From the NCBI GenBank assembly GCA_964016885.1, contig OZ024741.1, positions 117,552,001 to 117,616,000 of the forward strand: 64,000 nucleotides of DNA. Direction: 5' to 3'. Within the stretch, counting starts at the first letter, position 1, and each line of letters opens with the position of its first letter. Below are positions 16,591-31,273 of this stretch, in pieces. The position numbers and the translations under genes were made by a program. This DNA comes from Eledone cirrhosa (Eukaryota). Below the pieces are notes generated by a model. The model was not told the origin of the DNA. It searched no databases and was given only the letters and a program-made list of their open reading frames with translations.

Positions 16591-17765
16591 TCTTGAGCAA
16601 TTTAAGTGGGGTGGAGCCCATCCTCTCTCCAGGTCTAAACACATGCGATTTCTTCCATAGAAAGAAAAAGAGTGAGAAAAATTTACCCCAGTACTAGACT
16701 GGTACTATATTTACCGACGTCAAAAAGATGAAATGCAAAGTTAACCCCCAGAGAGATTTCTACCAAGAGCTTACCCTCCTCTCCAGGTTTGGGCACATCC
16801 GATTTCTTCTAGAGAAGGTGAGAGCTTAAGAAAGTTATATAGACCCCAGCACTAGACTGGTACTTTATTTATCGATCTATGCCTTGTGATTAAAATATAC
16901 TTGTAGCTCAGCGATTTAGAAATATATGAAAGGATAAGATTTGGAGAAATTTAGATAGCAGCGACCCTAAAAGCAGAAGAACAGAAAAAAAATGCTCATG
17001 AATACTTTGAGAATGAAACAGATCTATATCTGTAAGAGTCATGAACTAAATAGATTAATACGCACACACTCGGGCTTATATAGACATATGCATATACAAG
17101 CGTACACACACACAGACATGCGCATATACACACACATATGTAGATAAACGCAAATACACATACGCTTGCGCATATGTAAATACATGCAAACACACACACA
17201 CACTCACGCGCCCGCACGCATGCACATATAGACACATGCATATACATACACAGACATACGCACACAGACATTCGCGTTCACAGGTACACACATGCACATA
17301 TATAGATACGCACAAACACACACATACACACACACGCGCGCGGTTAATATACGAGCCAAAATGTCTGCCGGGATATTCTTGACAATAACATCTCTCCCAG
17401 TATGAAAGTATTAGTTGTTTTGGACGACAACATTTAATTACTTCCAAGCCCAATCAATAACACTGGCTGTCTACCTCAACGACGTACAAATATTTGTCAC
17501 ACTTGAGAAAATGACTTTTTCTTTCCATAAACGTCTTCTCTCTTGATCGTCTGCTCTGCCGTTTCGTAACAACCACAAATGAAGCTTGAGACATTTTGTT
17601 TACATTGACACACACAAAGGTCTCTCTCTCTCTCTCTCTCTCTCTCCCTCTCTCCCTCTCTCTCTCTCTCTCGTTGTCTTTTGGGACGATTAGAACCTTA
17701 AATGTCAACAGAAAAACAATTTAGATGAGTAGATAAGAGGGAACAAAGATAAATAGGTGTGGGGG

Positions 17766-17830
<65 letters not shown>

Positions 17831-18384
17831 TGGAACAGAGACAGTCAGGTAGATATCGCTTAGTGAGAAGAAAATACTCTAGGACTAGAGGGAGGAAGGA
17901 GGAAGGTATACTCAGGCCCAAAACCTGTCCCGAATGCTTCCAGCGGAGTGAGCTCCGCAAAAGGCACTCAAGGGCCAGATGGAGGTGATAAACTGGGTGA
18001 CGGTGGGGTTTGAACTTAGGAGGCAACGAGTTAGATCAGATAGCGTTAGGCATTCTATTCGATATTCTGACATTGTCAGTTCACCGCCTTAGCCTGGTAC
18101 TTTATTTCTCGACTCCGGAAAAATGAAAGTTACAGTTGACCTAGGCAGGATTTGAACTCAAGACTGGATTATATACCGCAAGGTGTTTTTTCCAACGCTC
18201 TTCTGGGCTGGACTTTCAGTTGCTAAGGCCCTAAGCTAAATGAAAATTGGGACCTTTCTCTAAAATCTTTTTTTTACCTTAATTGTTTCTACTTTTGGCA
18301 CAAGGCCAGCAATTACCCAGTGCATTACTGGTACTTTATTTTATCGACGCCGTAAGGATGAAAGCAAAGTTAACCTCGGCGGTA

Positions 18385-19580
18385 CATCCAGACATCTCTC
18401 CTCGCTGACTTCGATACTTGTATCCGAGCAGCAGCCGAGGGGATATGCAACGTCAAGTTTGACGACATAGGGTGGCAACAGGCCACTTTACCGGTCAAGT
18501 ATGGCGGCCTTGGCCTTCGGTCCCCGATCTCACTAGCTTTGCCGGCGTATCTTTCGTCGGTAACCTCGTGCCGCGTCCTCGTCAGCAGGGTTCTTCAAAA
18601 CACAACAGAACCCTGTGTTCAGAGAACGTGAGGCCGCCTGTGAGACGTGGGACAGGTTGGGACTTAGCCCAGTAGACGTCCCTCCTCCTTCTCCCCCTAT
18701 TGACGTCAAGTTCCCCCAACGCACTAGGGATGCCATCCAGTGCAGCCTGGCCTCAGACAGGCTCACGCGCCAGCTCGACCAGCACCGCCTTGCTTGTTTT
18801 CGTGCGGCCTCCAAACCCCCACAGTGGTGCCTGGCTCCATGCCCTGCCCTCCTTCTCCACAGACACCCAGCTAGACAACCATAGCTTGCGAATCGGCGTT
18901 TCCCTGAGGCTCGGCCTCCGGATCTGCCAGCCACACCAATGTCGCTGCGGTTCCGCCGTGGACTCTTTCGACCTCCACCCGCTTTCCTGTCGCCACAGTG
19001 CAGGCCGCATTCCACGCCATTCTGCCCTCAACGAGGTCATTAAGCATGGCTTGGACGCTGCAGGCTTCCCTTCCCAGCTCAAGCCGGTGGGGCTGGATCG
19101 AGGGGACGACAAAAGGCCAGATGGCATGACCATCTTCCCGTTTCGCGGTGGAAAACCCCTCGTCTGGGATGCCACTTGCACCGACACTTTGTGCAGCCGC
19201 AACCTGGTGCAGTCTGCGACTGACCCAAGTTCTGCTGCACGTCGGGCTGAGGGGGCCAAACTCCTCAAATACCGGTCGCTCTCCGACAGGTTTGCGGTCG
19301 TTCCCCTGGCAGTGTTGACTTCTGGTGTCCTCAGCCCCAGGGCTACCTCCTTACTCACCACCATAGGCGCTGAGCTGACCAGCCGTAGGTGTGAGTCCCG
19401 CGAGTTGGGGTGGCTTTTCCAGCGCGTCTCCCTTGCCGTCCGCCGGGGAAAAGCCTTCTCCATTCTGTCCGCCGGAGCTGTGGATGGGCCCCATCGCGTA
19501 CCAATACATTAGTTAAATACCATTCTTTCATCTGATATATCTCTAAATTATATTTTGTACAATAATAAATTATATAACAA
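18385..19580 (+). mobile_element. CRE-like non-LTR retrotransposon 3' fragment (zinc knuckle + restriction-like endonuclease)
   Basis: ORF 18700-19512: SGAWLHALP, CRCG..H..SC, RH..LN, KRPDG, LVWDATC; GC/CpG-rich; upstream part frameshifted. Confidence 0.82.
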
Positions 19581-19601
19581 GAAGAAAGAATAAATTATAT
19601 T

Positions 19602-20620
<1,019 letters not shown>

Positions 20621-20631
20621 ATGTATATATA

Positions 20632-21830
20632 TCTATATTCTAAAGCTACGGCCGTATGTATGTAACAAACTTTTCGCCAAACAGCTAGACCAAACAGCAC
20701 CAAATTTGCACCATAGATGTAACTTTTTCCAAGTAAGAAAGTGAGGGTATTTTTATCTTCTAAATTTCGTTAAAAGATTAAAGATATTTTATCGTTTATT
20801 TAAATATTCACTTCTTTAAAATTTTCAAATGTCAACACTTCCGGTTATACAACATTCCCCTCTCTTTCTTAGTCTGTCTATTTAGATTGATACATAGCTA
20901 TAACGTCGTGCCCTTTTAATATGTCTCTGTACGTCTGGCTGTCTGCATTAGATACATAGCTATAACACCGCACGCTTATAATATCTGTCTGTCTTCACGA
21001 ACCAAAATATCGCCTTCCTGTTTTCCTTCGGTTGCAACGTTTTTCGAAATAGTTACTCCTGCGTCCACAGATTGATTTTTTTTTGTTTCAGAAGATCCCG
21101 TTAAGGGTTAAAGCAACGATGCTTTGCTTAAACTTTAATCTGTTATTTATATATATATATATAATTATATATTCGTGATTTTGCATACACAAAAACAAAA
21201 TATACACAAACGTATTTATTTCACGAAAGCACAGACGGCTTATCGTCATTGTTACTGCTGATATGTCACCCAAAAAGTCCCAGCCTGGGCGCAAGATCAT
21301 ATTTTCCAGAAGAAAAATGTTACTAGAGCAACATAGAGACTAAGCTTTGCGATTACCATCATCAAAGCTCATGGTCAAACCCTAAAAGTGGCTGCCTTCA
21401 TCTGGGAAAACCATGCTTCTCCCATGGTCAATTGTATGTAGGATGCTCTAGGGTGAGCTCGCCAAACAATCTCTTCATCTTTGCTCCCGAGGGCCGAACG
21501 AAAAATATTGTATACTCTGAGGCTCTAACAATGTAATTTATGTATTTTCTGTTACTTGGAATTTCCATTATGGTTGTACAAATTATTGTAAAGTTTGTTT
21601 TAAAATGTGTTCTCTGTTCAGCCTTTATTGTTGTAACTATCAATTTTCTTTAAAGTACTGGCTGCTAAACTGAGGTATCCTAGTAACTATTCAAACCCAA
21701 CATCAGAGTGGTTTAACCCTCGCTGACTAGAGAGGGCACGCGGTATCTTTGCACTGGAGTGGAGGGGGGACTCCTGAAAAGATAAAATGCCGGTATATTT
21801 AGCTGGGCACCAGCCGGATGGGCCAGCTAA
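20632..21830 (+). mobile_element. Internally deleted Helitron retaining the PIF1 helicase C-terminus
   Basis: 5' TC; 21335-21535 encodes RLSFAITIIKAHGQTLK../KPCFSHGQLYVGCSRV..TKNIVYSEAL (frameshifted); 3' ctgggcaccagccgg..CTAA. Confidence 0.8.
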
Positions 21831-21941
21831 TATATATATATATATAGAAGATTTAGTATAAAAGAATAAAAACTATAAGATAAAATAAGAATATATTTCA
21901 AAACATTATGCACCCGATGTATACATATATATAAATATATG

Positions 21942-21972
<31 letters not shown>

Positions 21973-22007
21973 GTATGGATATATATATGTATATATATAT
22001 ATATGTG

Positions 22008-22064
<57 letters not shown>

Positions 22065-22099
22065 GTATGTATATATATATGTATATATGTATACATATA

Positions 22100-23625
22100 A
22101 TATATAAGATCAAAAGATGGTTAAAGGAGTTCCATGTATTTTATTATGCGCATTTCAAAAACAAACATCATCATGCAATAATATGTGTTTTCATCAGATA
22201 AAACAGGAGAACATGATATGAAGGCTAAAAAACACTTGTGGATAGTGCAGTTTTAAATCAACATATGAAAAGTAGTTTTAGATTGATGTGTGATATTGGG
22301 AAAAATATTTTATTTAGAGAGGGGGGGGGGTGGAAAGGATGAAAAAAGGGGAGGAGATGAGAGTGAAGGTGGAGAGGGAGAGATGGGTGATAGAGAGAAA
22401 GAGATAGTTTTTATAACTGAGAGAAGATATATTGTTTTACATAGAGAGGTTGAAAACCGTTGGAAGATAATGTATGAATTAAAAGAATTTGAAAATTAAC
22501 GAAGGGAAAAATATGTACGAGGGAAAAAAAAAAATGTTATTTAGAGAGGGGGGTGGAAAGGATGAAAAAAGGGGAGGAGATGAGAGTGAAGGTGGAGAGG
22601 GAGAGATGGGTGATAGAGAGAAAGAGATAGTTTTTATAACTGAGAAAAGATATATTGTTTTACATAGAGAGGTTGAGAACCGTTGGAAGATAATGTATAA
22701 ATTAAAAGAATTTGAAAATTAACGAAGGGAAAAAAATATGTACGAGGAAAGAGAGGGAGTTGATATGTATTGAGATTAAAAATTGAGATTAAAAAGTTTG
22801 AAGATAGAGAGAAAAAATAATAATTGCGGATGAATATTCTAACGTCAAAAAGGTGTATGTTTATAAGTATTATGGCAATTTCAAAATTAATGAAGAGAAA
22901 AAAATTATTAAGGTTTGCGTGTTGAAGGATTTGAGAAAAATAATGTGAAGTTAAAGTTTGTATATTGAAGGAATTGATAATATGTGCGAAGAAAGAGTTA
23001 ATATGTATTTAAAAAATTATTAAGGTTTGTGTATTAGATGATTTGAGAAAAATAATGTGAAGTTAAGGTTTGTATATTGAAGGAATTGATAATATGTGCG
23101 AAGAAAGAGTTAATATGTATTAAGAATGAATATTCTAGCGTCAAAAGAAGGAGAGGGAGTTAATGTATTGAGATTGAAAAGTTTGATGATGGAGAGAAAA
23201 AAATAATAATTGCGGATGAATATTCTAACGTCAAAAAAACAAATGTATATGTTATGAAGGATTTTACAAGGTGAAGATAGAATGAAGGTAATGAGTAAAC
23301 AAGTATTATAGAGTGTATAATGCCCTTTGAAGTAAGGTAGGAAGATGGGTATAATTTAAAGAGGTGTATGTATATGTGCCTTTGAGAAAAGATTCTAAAT
23401 TGATAAAGAATTGAATATTAGCTGTATACTTTGTGAAAAGTCCTATGGAATTTATGCAGGCAGATAGAAAACAAATCTGTACGTCTATTTATTATAGAAT
23501 CTAGATTAGAGATAATGGTAAATTTTTCATTTAGGCAGAGATTACAGATTTTAGATAGAGAGCTGTTCAAGTATGAGGACGCAGAAGAAACCTTCTTCCA
23601 AAAGATGGTATATTTAATATACCAT
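22100..23625 (-). mobile_element. 3' end of a PLE (GIY-YIG C-terminus, long repetitive 3' region, HHR)
   Basis: 23418-23625 reads SKICNLCLNEKFTI..IINRRTDLFSICLH, typical of PLE endonuclease ends; ~225-bp and ~105-bp tandem duplications; ends in (TA)n. Confidence 0.65.
22137..22205 (-). ncRNA. Hammerhead ribozyme motif with palindromic stem III
   Basis: tgttttat-CTGATGA-aaacacat..atgtttgtttt-GAAA-tgcgca-TA-ataaaata. Confidence 0.78.
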
Positions 23626-23633
23626 CTATTACT

Positions 23634-25079
23634 ATGGGTAAGCTTACCCATAGTAATAGTTACCTAGACACTTATGACCTTAGCAACCTGTGCCCTACAA
23701 GACCAGCAAGAGGCAGACCACCTACCATTACCTCAATGGCCAAGAAAACCCACACAGATAGATGGAACGGGTGGACCAGAGCCATACGGACACCCGAAAA
23801 CCACGATGAACTGAAGAAAATGATTGCACATGCGGTAGGGGCCAGCATAAAATTAACCCTTAAGGAACATATGTTCAAATTTAATGGTAAAACATATGCC
23901 CAAGAGGAAGGAGCAGCCATTGGTGTTAGCATTGCAGGCGACATAGCTAACTTATTCATGGTATGGTGGGACAGTAGACTTAAACAAAAACTTAATGAAC
24001 AATTAGAAGACAGCTTAACCCTGATAATGTACTCCCGCTACGTAGATGATATAAACATCGTAGTTAAGACATCCCCACTAAAGAACAGTCAGGAACTAGA
24101 GAAAAACACAATGGAAAGCATCCAGCAAATAGCAAACTCCATCCACCAGAGCATTAGAGTTACTATAGACTACCCAAGTAGACACCCCAACCATCGATTA
24201 CCTGTACTAGACACAGAGCTCTGGTTAGATACCATTAACAACCAAAAACAAATCCTCCATTCCCATTATGCCAAACCCATGACTTCCAAACATCTGATCC
24301 ACCGAAACTCGGCCATTTCGGACCATACCAAAATCAACATACTGATTGCGGATTTGGTACGGGTGATGAGAAATGTGTCCCGCATGTGCAACCCCGAAGA
24401 ACTAGAGAGACACATACAACACTTCATCCACCGTATGCAGTTCTCTGGCTACAATCAGAGAGATAGAATCAGAGTGTATAAAGGAGCCAGAACCAAATGG
24501 GAAAAAATGGTAAATAATGACATAAATGGGACCTGCCCCTTGTATAGGAGCAAATTTTGGAATAGAATAGAAAGAACTAGGAAGAAGGCCAATAGAATAA
24601 ACTCATGGTATGATAGCAATAAATACCAGAGTGTAATGTTCATCAATACAACCCCTAGAGGCGAACTAGCCTACAAATTTAGAAGAGCCCTAAATAAACA
24701 TAATCTCAATATTAAGATAGTAGAAAGACCTGGTACCTCCGTAAAAACACTTATTAGCAAGACATACCCGTTCCAAAGACCCTCATGTATAGATAAGAAA
24801 TGTATAACCTGTAAAATAAGCCCCCATATTAACTGTAAAACTAGAAATGTAGTGTATAGCATAAGATGTACTGAAGGACAATGTAGAAACAAAAATATAG
24901 TGTACATAGGTGAGACAGCTCGTAGTATAGGGGAACGAATAAATGAACACTGGCGAGACCTCCAAGATAATAAAGAATCATCTGTGCTCTACCAACATGC
25001 TAAGATAGAACACAGGGGTAGATTAGAGAGCATAGAAATAAAAAATAGAATCCACACACAGAAAAGACGCAATGTTTAG
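23634..25079 (+). CDS. PLE RT / GIY-YIG endonuclease (partial; C-terminal frameshift)
   Basis: EGAAIGVSIAG, YSRYVDDI, LPVLD, CIDKKCITC, NVVYSIRC..YIGETARSIGERINEH. Confidence 0.88.
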   Translation: MGKLTHSNSYLDTYDLSNLCPTRPARGRPPTITSMAKKTHTDRWNGWTRAIRTPENHDELKKMIAHAVGASIKLTLKEHMFKFNGKTYAQEEGAAIGVSIAGDIANLFMVWWDSRLKQKLNEQLEDSLTLIMYSRYVDDINIVVKTSPLKNSQELEKNTMESIQQIANSIHQSIRVTIDYPSRHPNHRLPVLDTELWLDTINNQKQILHSHYAKPMTSKHLIHRNSAISDHTKINILIADLVRVMRNVSRMCNPEELERHIQHFIHRMQFSGYNQRDRIRVYKGARTKWEKMVNNDINGTCPLYRSKFWNRIERTRKKANRINSWYDSNKYQSVMFINTTPRGELAYKFRRALNKHNLNIKIVERPGTSVKTLISKTYPFQRPSCIDKKCITCKISPHINCKTRNVVYSIRCTEGQCRNKNIVYIGETARSIGERINEHWRDLQDNKESSVLYQHAKIEHRGRLESIEIKNRIHTQKRRNV

Positions 25080-25466
25080 GCAAATTACAGAGGCAGTAAG
25101 CATAAAAGAATTAAAACCAAAATTAAATAGAAAATATGAGTGGAACAGCAACATCACAACTTACAATTAAGGACAAAATGAAAACACACACACACATAGA
25201 ACAAACAACTTACAATTAAGGACAAAATGAAAACACACACAAAATGAAAACACACACAGGACAAAATGAAAACACACACACACATAGAACAAACAACCAA
25301 CCAACAATAAATAAATAAATAAATAAACAAATAGAAAAATGAACACAAACACACACAGACACCCGGATGTGGCGCATGCGCAAACTGAGCACACAACACA
25401 CACACAGAAACAAAATGGCGTAGGATAGAAGAAAGGAAAGGCACAGAAACGAAGAAAGGAATCCCC

Positions 25467-25511
25467 AGTCACTGAAGAGGTCACAGAGTGTGTGACGAAA
25501 GGACTATGACT
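25467..25511 (+). ncRNA. Minimal hammerhead ribozyme in PLE 3' region
   Basis: agtca-CTGAAGA-g-gtcaca gagtg tgtgac-GAAA-ggac-TA-tgact; perfect stems I and II. Confidence 0.85.
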
Positions 25512-25669
25512 ATATATAAACAACTATCTGGTTGTGGAACCAACCAACCAGAAATTTATAAGTTTGTAGATTTGTAAATTTATAAATTTATAAATATATA
25601 ATAAATTGAAGTGAAAGCAACTGGTGCGTGTGTTTCTTATTGGCAACATGACCCTCCCAAAGTATAACA

Positions 25670-26160
<491 letters not shown>

Positions 26161-26221
26161 AAATATTAAAAAAATAATGAATAAAACAATGAAACAGTTC
26201 CTTATATTAAACAAAAAAAGT

Positions 26222-26374
26222 TCATTATTTAACGATCGTTTCTAGGATATATATGTGTTAGAATTGGCATGCATATTCAACAGATCTATGTACAAAATTA
26301 TACAAAATTATACAAACTATCAAAATTAAATATACATACCAAACACATATATATGCCGTCTTCAGAAATAATGA
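26222..26374 (-). ncRNA. Hammerhead motif with long stem II
   Basis: tcattattt-CTGAAGA-cggcatatatatgtgtt...aacacatatatatccta-GAAA-cgatcg-TT-aaataatga. Confidence 0.72.
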
Positions 26375-26387
26375 TTATTAAATAATG

Positions 26388-26526
26388 ATTATTTCTGAAG
26401 ACGGCATATATATGTGTTTGGTATGTATATTTAATTTTGATAGTTTGTATAATTTTGTACATAGATCTGTTGAATATGCATGCCAATTCTAACACATATA
26501 TATCCTAGAAACGATCGTTAAATAAT
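26388..26526 (+). ncRNA. Hammerhead motif with long stem II (mirror copy)
   Basis: attattt-CTGAAGA..GAAA-cgatcg-TT-aaataat. Confidence 0.72.
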
Positions 26527-26726
26527 GAACTTTTTTTGTTTAATATAAGGAACTGTTTCATTGTTTTATTCATTATTTTTTTAATATTTTATCTTGACTC
26601 TGTATTCCGTTTATCTTTCACCGGAAGTGATTTTTCATTGCATCTCTTCTTTCCATGATATCCGGATTACATTGAGTTCTTCATACGGATTGGACACTAC
26701 CGTAAACTCTTGGTAGATTTATCTAC

Positions 26727-28480
<1,754 letters not shown>

Positions 28481-28489
28481 ATGTCTGTA

Positions 28490-28566
28490 CAGAGTGTCCA
28501 AAAAAATGTATAGACACATTTATTAGAATGGTGTTGAAGTGTTATACATTTTGGGGGGACACTCTG
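28490..28566. mobile_element. Tc1/mariner-type MITE
   Basis: TA-cagagtgtcc..aaaatgtata / tatacatttt..ggacactctg-TA. Confidence 0.7.
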
Positions 28567-28642
28567 TATATTAATGTATAATAAAATATATAACAAAATA
28601 TATTTGATCACATGAATGTCTATATTTATTAATATTTTGAAG

Positions 28643-28678
<36 letters not shown>

Positions 28679-28922
28679 GAAAATAGAGAAATTAATGTAA
28701 GCAAGAAGCCAACAGTAATTCAGACATATAAGTAAGTGACTATTATGTCAAGATGAAAAATAGTTAACGTAAGATATGGGAAAATAATTTAATCCCAATT
28801 CAAAACAAGTCAAGACCAGAAATTTTATCCATAGATTTTGTGTAATCAGGGGAAAAAAACCAATAGAATCTTAACTGAAAATAAAATTAAGAGTAAATAC
28901 TTATCCGTCAATTTGGAATATA

Positions 28923-30226
28923 TAGGGTGGGGCATAAAAACTGTTACAAAATAAAATGCAAATACTTCTTGAAAAAAACATTTATTTTAAGATCTGACTT
29001 CAACAAATAGTAAGTAATATACTATTAAACAACTGCCCAAAAATGTATTCGAAATGCTTTCCTCTAGCTTTCACTACTGCTCGAAGACTTGTAGGAAAGT
29101 CTTCGATGGCTGCACGAACAGTTTCCATGGGTATTTTCTCCCATACTTTATTCAGTTTTGATTTTAGAGTTTCAATATTTTGGCTAGGAGTAGAGCAGGC
29201 TTCACCCTCAAGAATTGACCATAAGGAAAAATCGAGAGGGTTGAGATCTGGTGATGTCGGAGGCCACTCTTCCTTACTGATCCATGCGGGACAATGGTCT
29301 CTACACCACTGTTGTGTTACGCAAGCAGTGTGGCTCGTCGCTCCATCTTGTTGGAGAGTCCAAATGACATCGCCATAAACAGATATGCACCATGGCATCA
29401 GTGCTCCTTCCAAAATATCCTTTATGCAAAGTTCTTTGTTAATTTTAACTCCTTGAGGCACAAAGATCAGAGGAGACTTCGCTCTTTCAGAAATGGCTGC
29501 CCAAGCCATCACTGATGCTGGTTTCCCTGTTCTGAACACTTTTCCTACACTTGAAAGAATTGATTTGAGACTTTTTGCAAGTACTCGATCATTTTGATGA
29601 TTGTGAGACTGCTGCACAGTGAATAACTTCTCATCTGTAAAGGTCATGTTTTGCAGCGTGCCATCTTTGATACGGTCCAATAACAGTTTACTTCTCGAGA
29701 GCCTATTTTCAATTGTGGCTGCAGAAAGAAGCTGCCTCTTTTGGAACTTATAGGGTGACATCCCCAGATCATCTCGACATATCCTCCGTATAGTTCTCGG
29801 CGATGTTTCTGCTTCTTCTGCCATTTTTCTCATGGACCTTCTTGGATTACGCCTTATTTTTTCCCTCACACTTTTAACAAGTTTTGGTGTTCTTGAGGTG
29901 CGAGGGTGTCCGGATTGAGGTCTGTCTTTGGGTGTGGAAGTGTCCTTAAATCGATTAATTGTCCTTTTGATCAACATTCTATTGATCTTAAGAATTTTCC
30001 CCAGTTTAAATATCTTGGGTGTAGTCAGGCCTTTTTCATGCTTCTCTATAATGAACTTTCTTTTCAATTCTATGGACATTGCACATAGTTAATGGAGTAA
30101 TTTTCTGAAAAATAGTTAATATAGTTATAGTGCATGGATTTGATACAAATATATTAGTTATATTAGCAACATAATGTATTTTTAAATTGATTTAAAACTT
30201 TGTAACAGGAATTATGCCCCACCCTG
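28923..30226 (-). mobile_element. Full-length Tc1/mariner DD37D (maT-type) transposon
   Basis: ~28-bp TIRs (c/t)agggtggggcataa...ctgttacaaa, TA TSD, transposase ORF inside. Confidence 0.92.
29000..30079 (-). CDS. DD37D transposase
   Basis: N-terminal HTH-like region, TFTDEK, QQDGA, WPPTSPDLNPLDF; 37 residues between second and third D. Confidence 0.92.
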   Translation of the reverse strand: MSIELKRKFIIEKHEKGLTTPKIFKLGKILKINRMLIKRTINRFKDTSTPKDRPQSGHPRTSRTPKLVKSVREKIRRNPRRSMRKMAEEAETSPRTIRRICRDDLGMSPYKFQKRQLLSAATIENRLSRSKLLLDRIKDGTLQNMTFTDEKLFTVQQSHNHQNDRVLAKSLKSILSSVGKVFRTGKPASVMAWAAISERAKSPLIFVPQGVKINKELCIKDILEGALMPWCISVYGDVIWTLQQDGATSHTACVTQQWCRDHCPAWISKEEWPPTSPDLNPLDFSLWSILEGEACSTPSQNIETLKSKLNKVWEKIPMETVRAAIEDFPTSLRAVVKARGKHFEYIFGQLFNSILLTIC

Positions 30227-30658
30227 TATATATAAATATATATATATATACATAATTTATACTTTTTCATTAACATTACTATAAAAGATAATAATTATAT
30301 TTTTGTAGAGAAGGGTCTGAAGTTCCATATATCTTGTGGACTCAGCAGGTGAAAGTCCTTGCTTTCTCACTTTCTTTCTCTCGCAGAAATTGACTGTGTT
30401 CAGAAGGTAGTCTTGACCAGGTTTAAAATTCCCCAAACAGGCCCCTACGACTCCACCAGCTATTACGTCACCCATACATATATTGCAGCTAAAGGTCATG
30501 TCAAAGTGACAGTAGGAACATTTTAAAGGATATCCAGTAGAAAATATAAGAAACAAGGCGAAAACAAAGAAAATGTAAAACAAAACAAAACACGTGAATC
30601 AGCTTTTAACCATTCTTAGTTGTATGAGTAAGAAAATGGACAATCATGTGTATATATA

Positions 30659-30694
<36 letters not shown>

Positions 30695-30710
30695 TGTATG
30701 TATGTATGTA

Positions 30711-30760
<50 letters not shown>

Positions 30761-30829
30761 TGTGTGTAAGTGCATATATATGTCCTCCTCGAGAAATTAC
30801 TTTGGTTTGAGGTCTGTGTGTCAAGTAGT

Positions 30830-31273
30830 GGAATGGACCGCAGTTGGTTACGACGATGATAGTTCCAGTTGTTCAATCAGTTGAACAGCCTAATCATGAA
30901 ATTAGCGTGTAAGTGGCAGAGGATTCCATAGACACGTGTACGCTTCACACAATTCTTAGGGAGATTCAGCGTGACACCGTGTATGACAAGGTTGCCCCCA
31001 TCAAATTACACGTACATTCTACTTTGTATTATATTACAAGTGGTTGAGGATTCCACAGCTACGTATACCCTTAACGCAATTCTCAGGGAGATTCAGCGTG
31101 ACACAGCATATGAGAAAGCTGGCTTTTTGAATTACAGGTACAGTCTATTTGAACTCACAAGACATGGGTCGACACAAGGCTCTGATAAATGATACTTGCC
31201 CAAGATACCACACAGTGGGATCGAACCAGGGACCTAATGATTGTGAAGCGAACTTCTTAACCATTTGGCCATG
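30830..31273 (-). mobile_element. tRNA-derived SINE, family C
   Basis: Minus head gcatggccaaatggttaag..ggttcgatccc + cttgggcaagt core; copies at 34115-34460, 15720, 43990. Confidence 0.75.

Noticed and set aside
22290-22722. Two near-identical small ORFs (GGKDEKRGGDESEGG...)
   Set aside because: Purine-rich ~225-bp tandem duplication in a PLE 3' region, read on the non-coding strand
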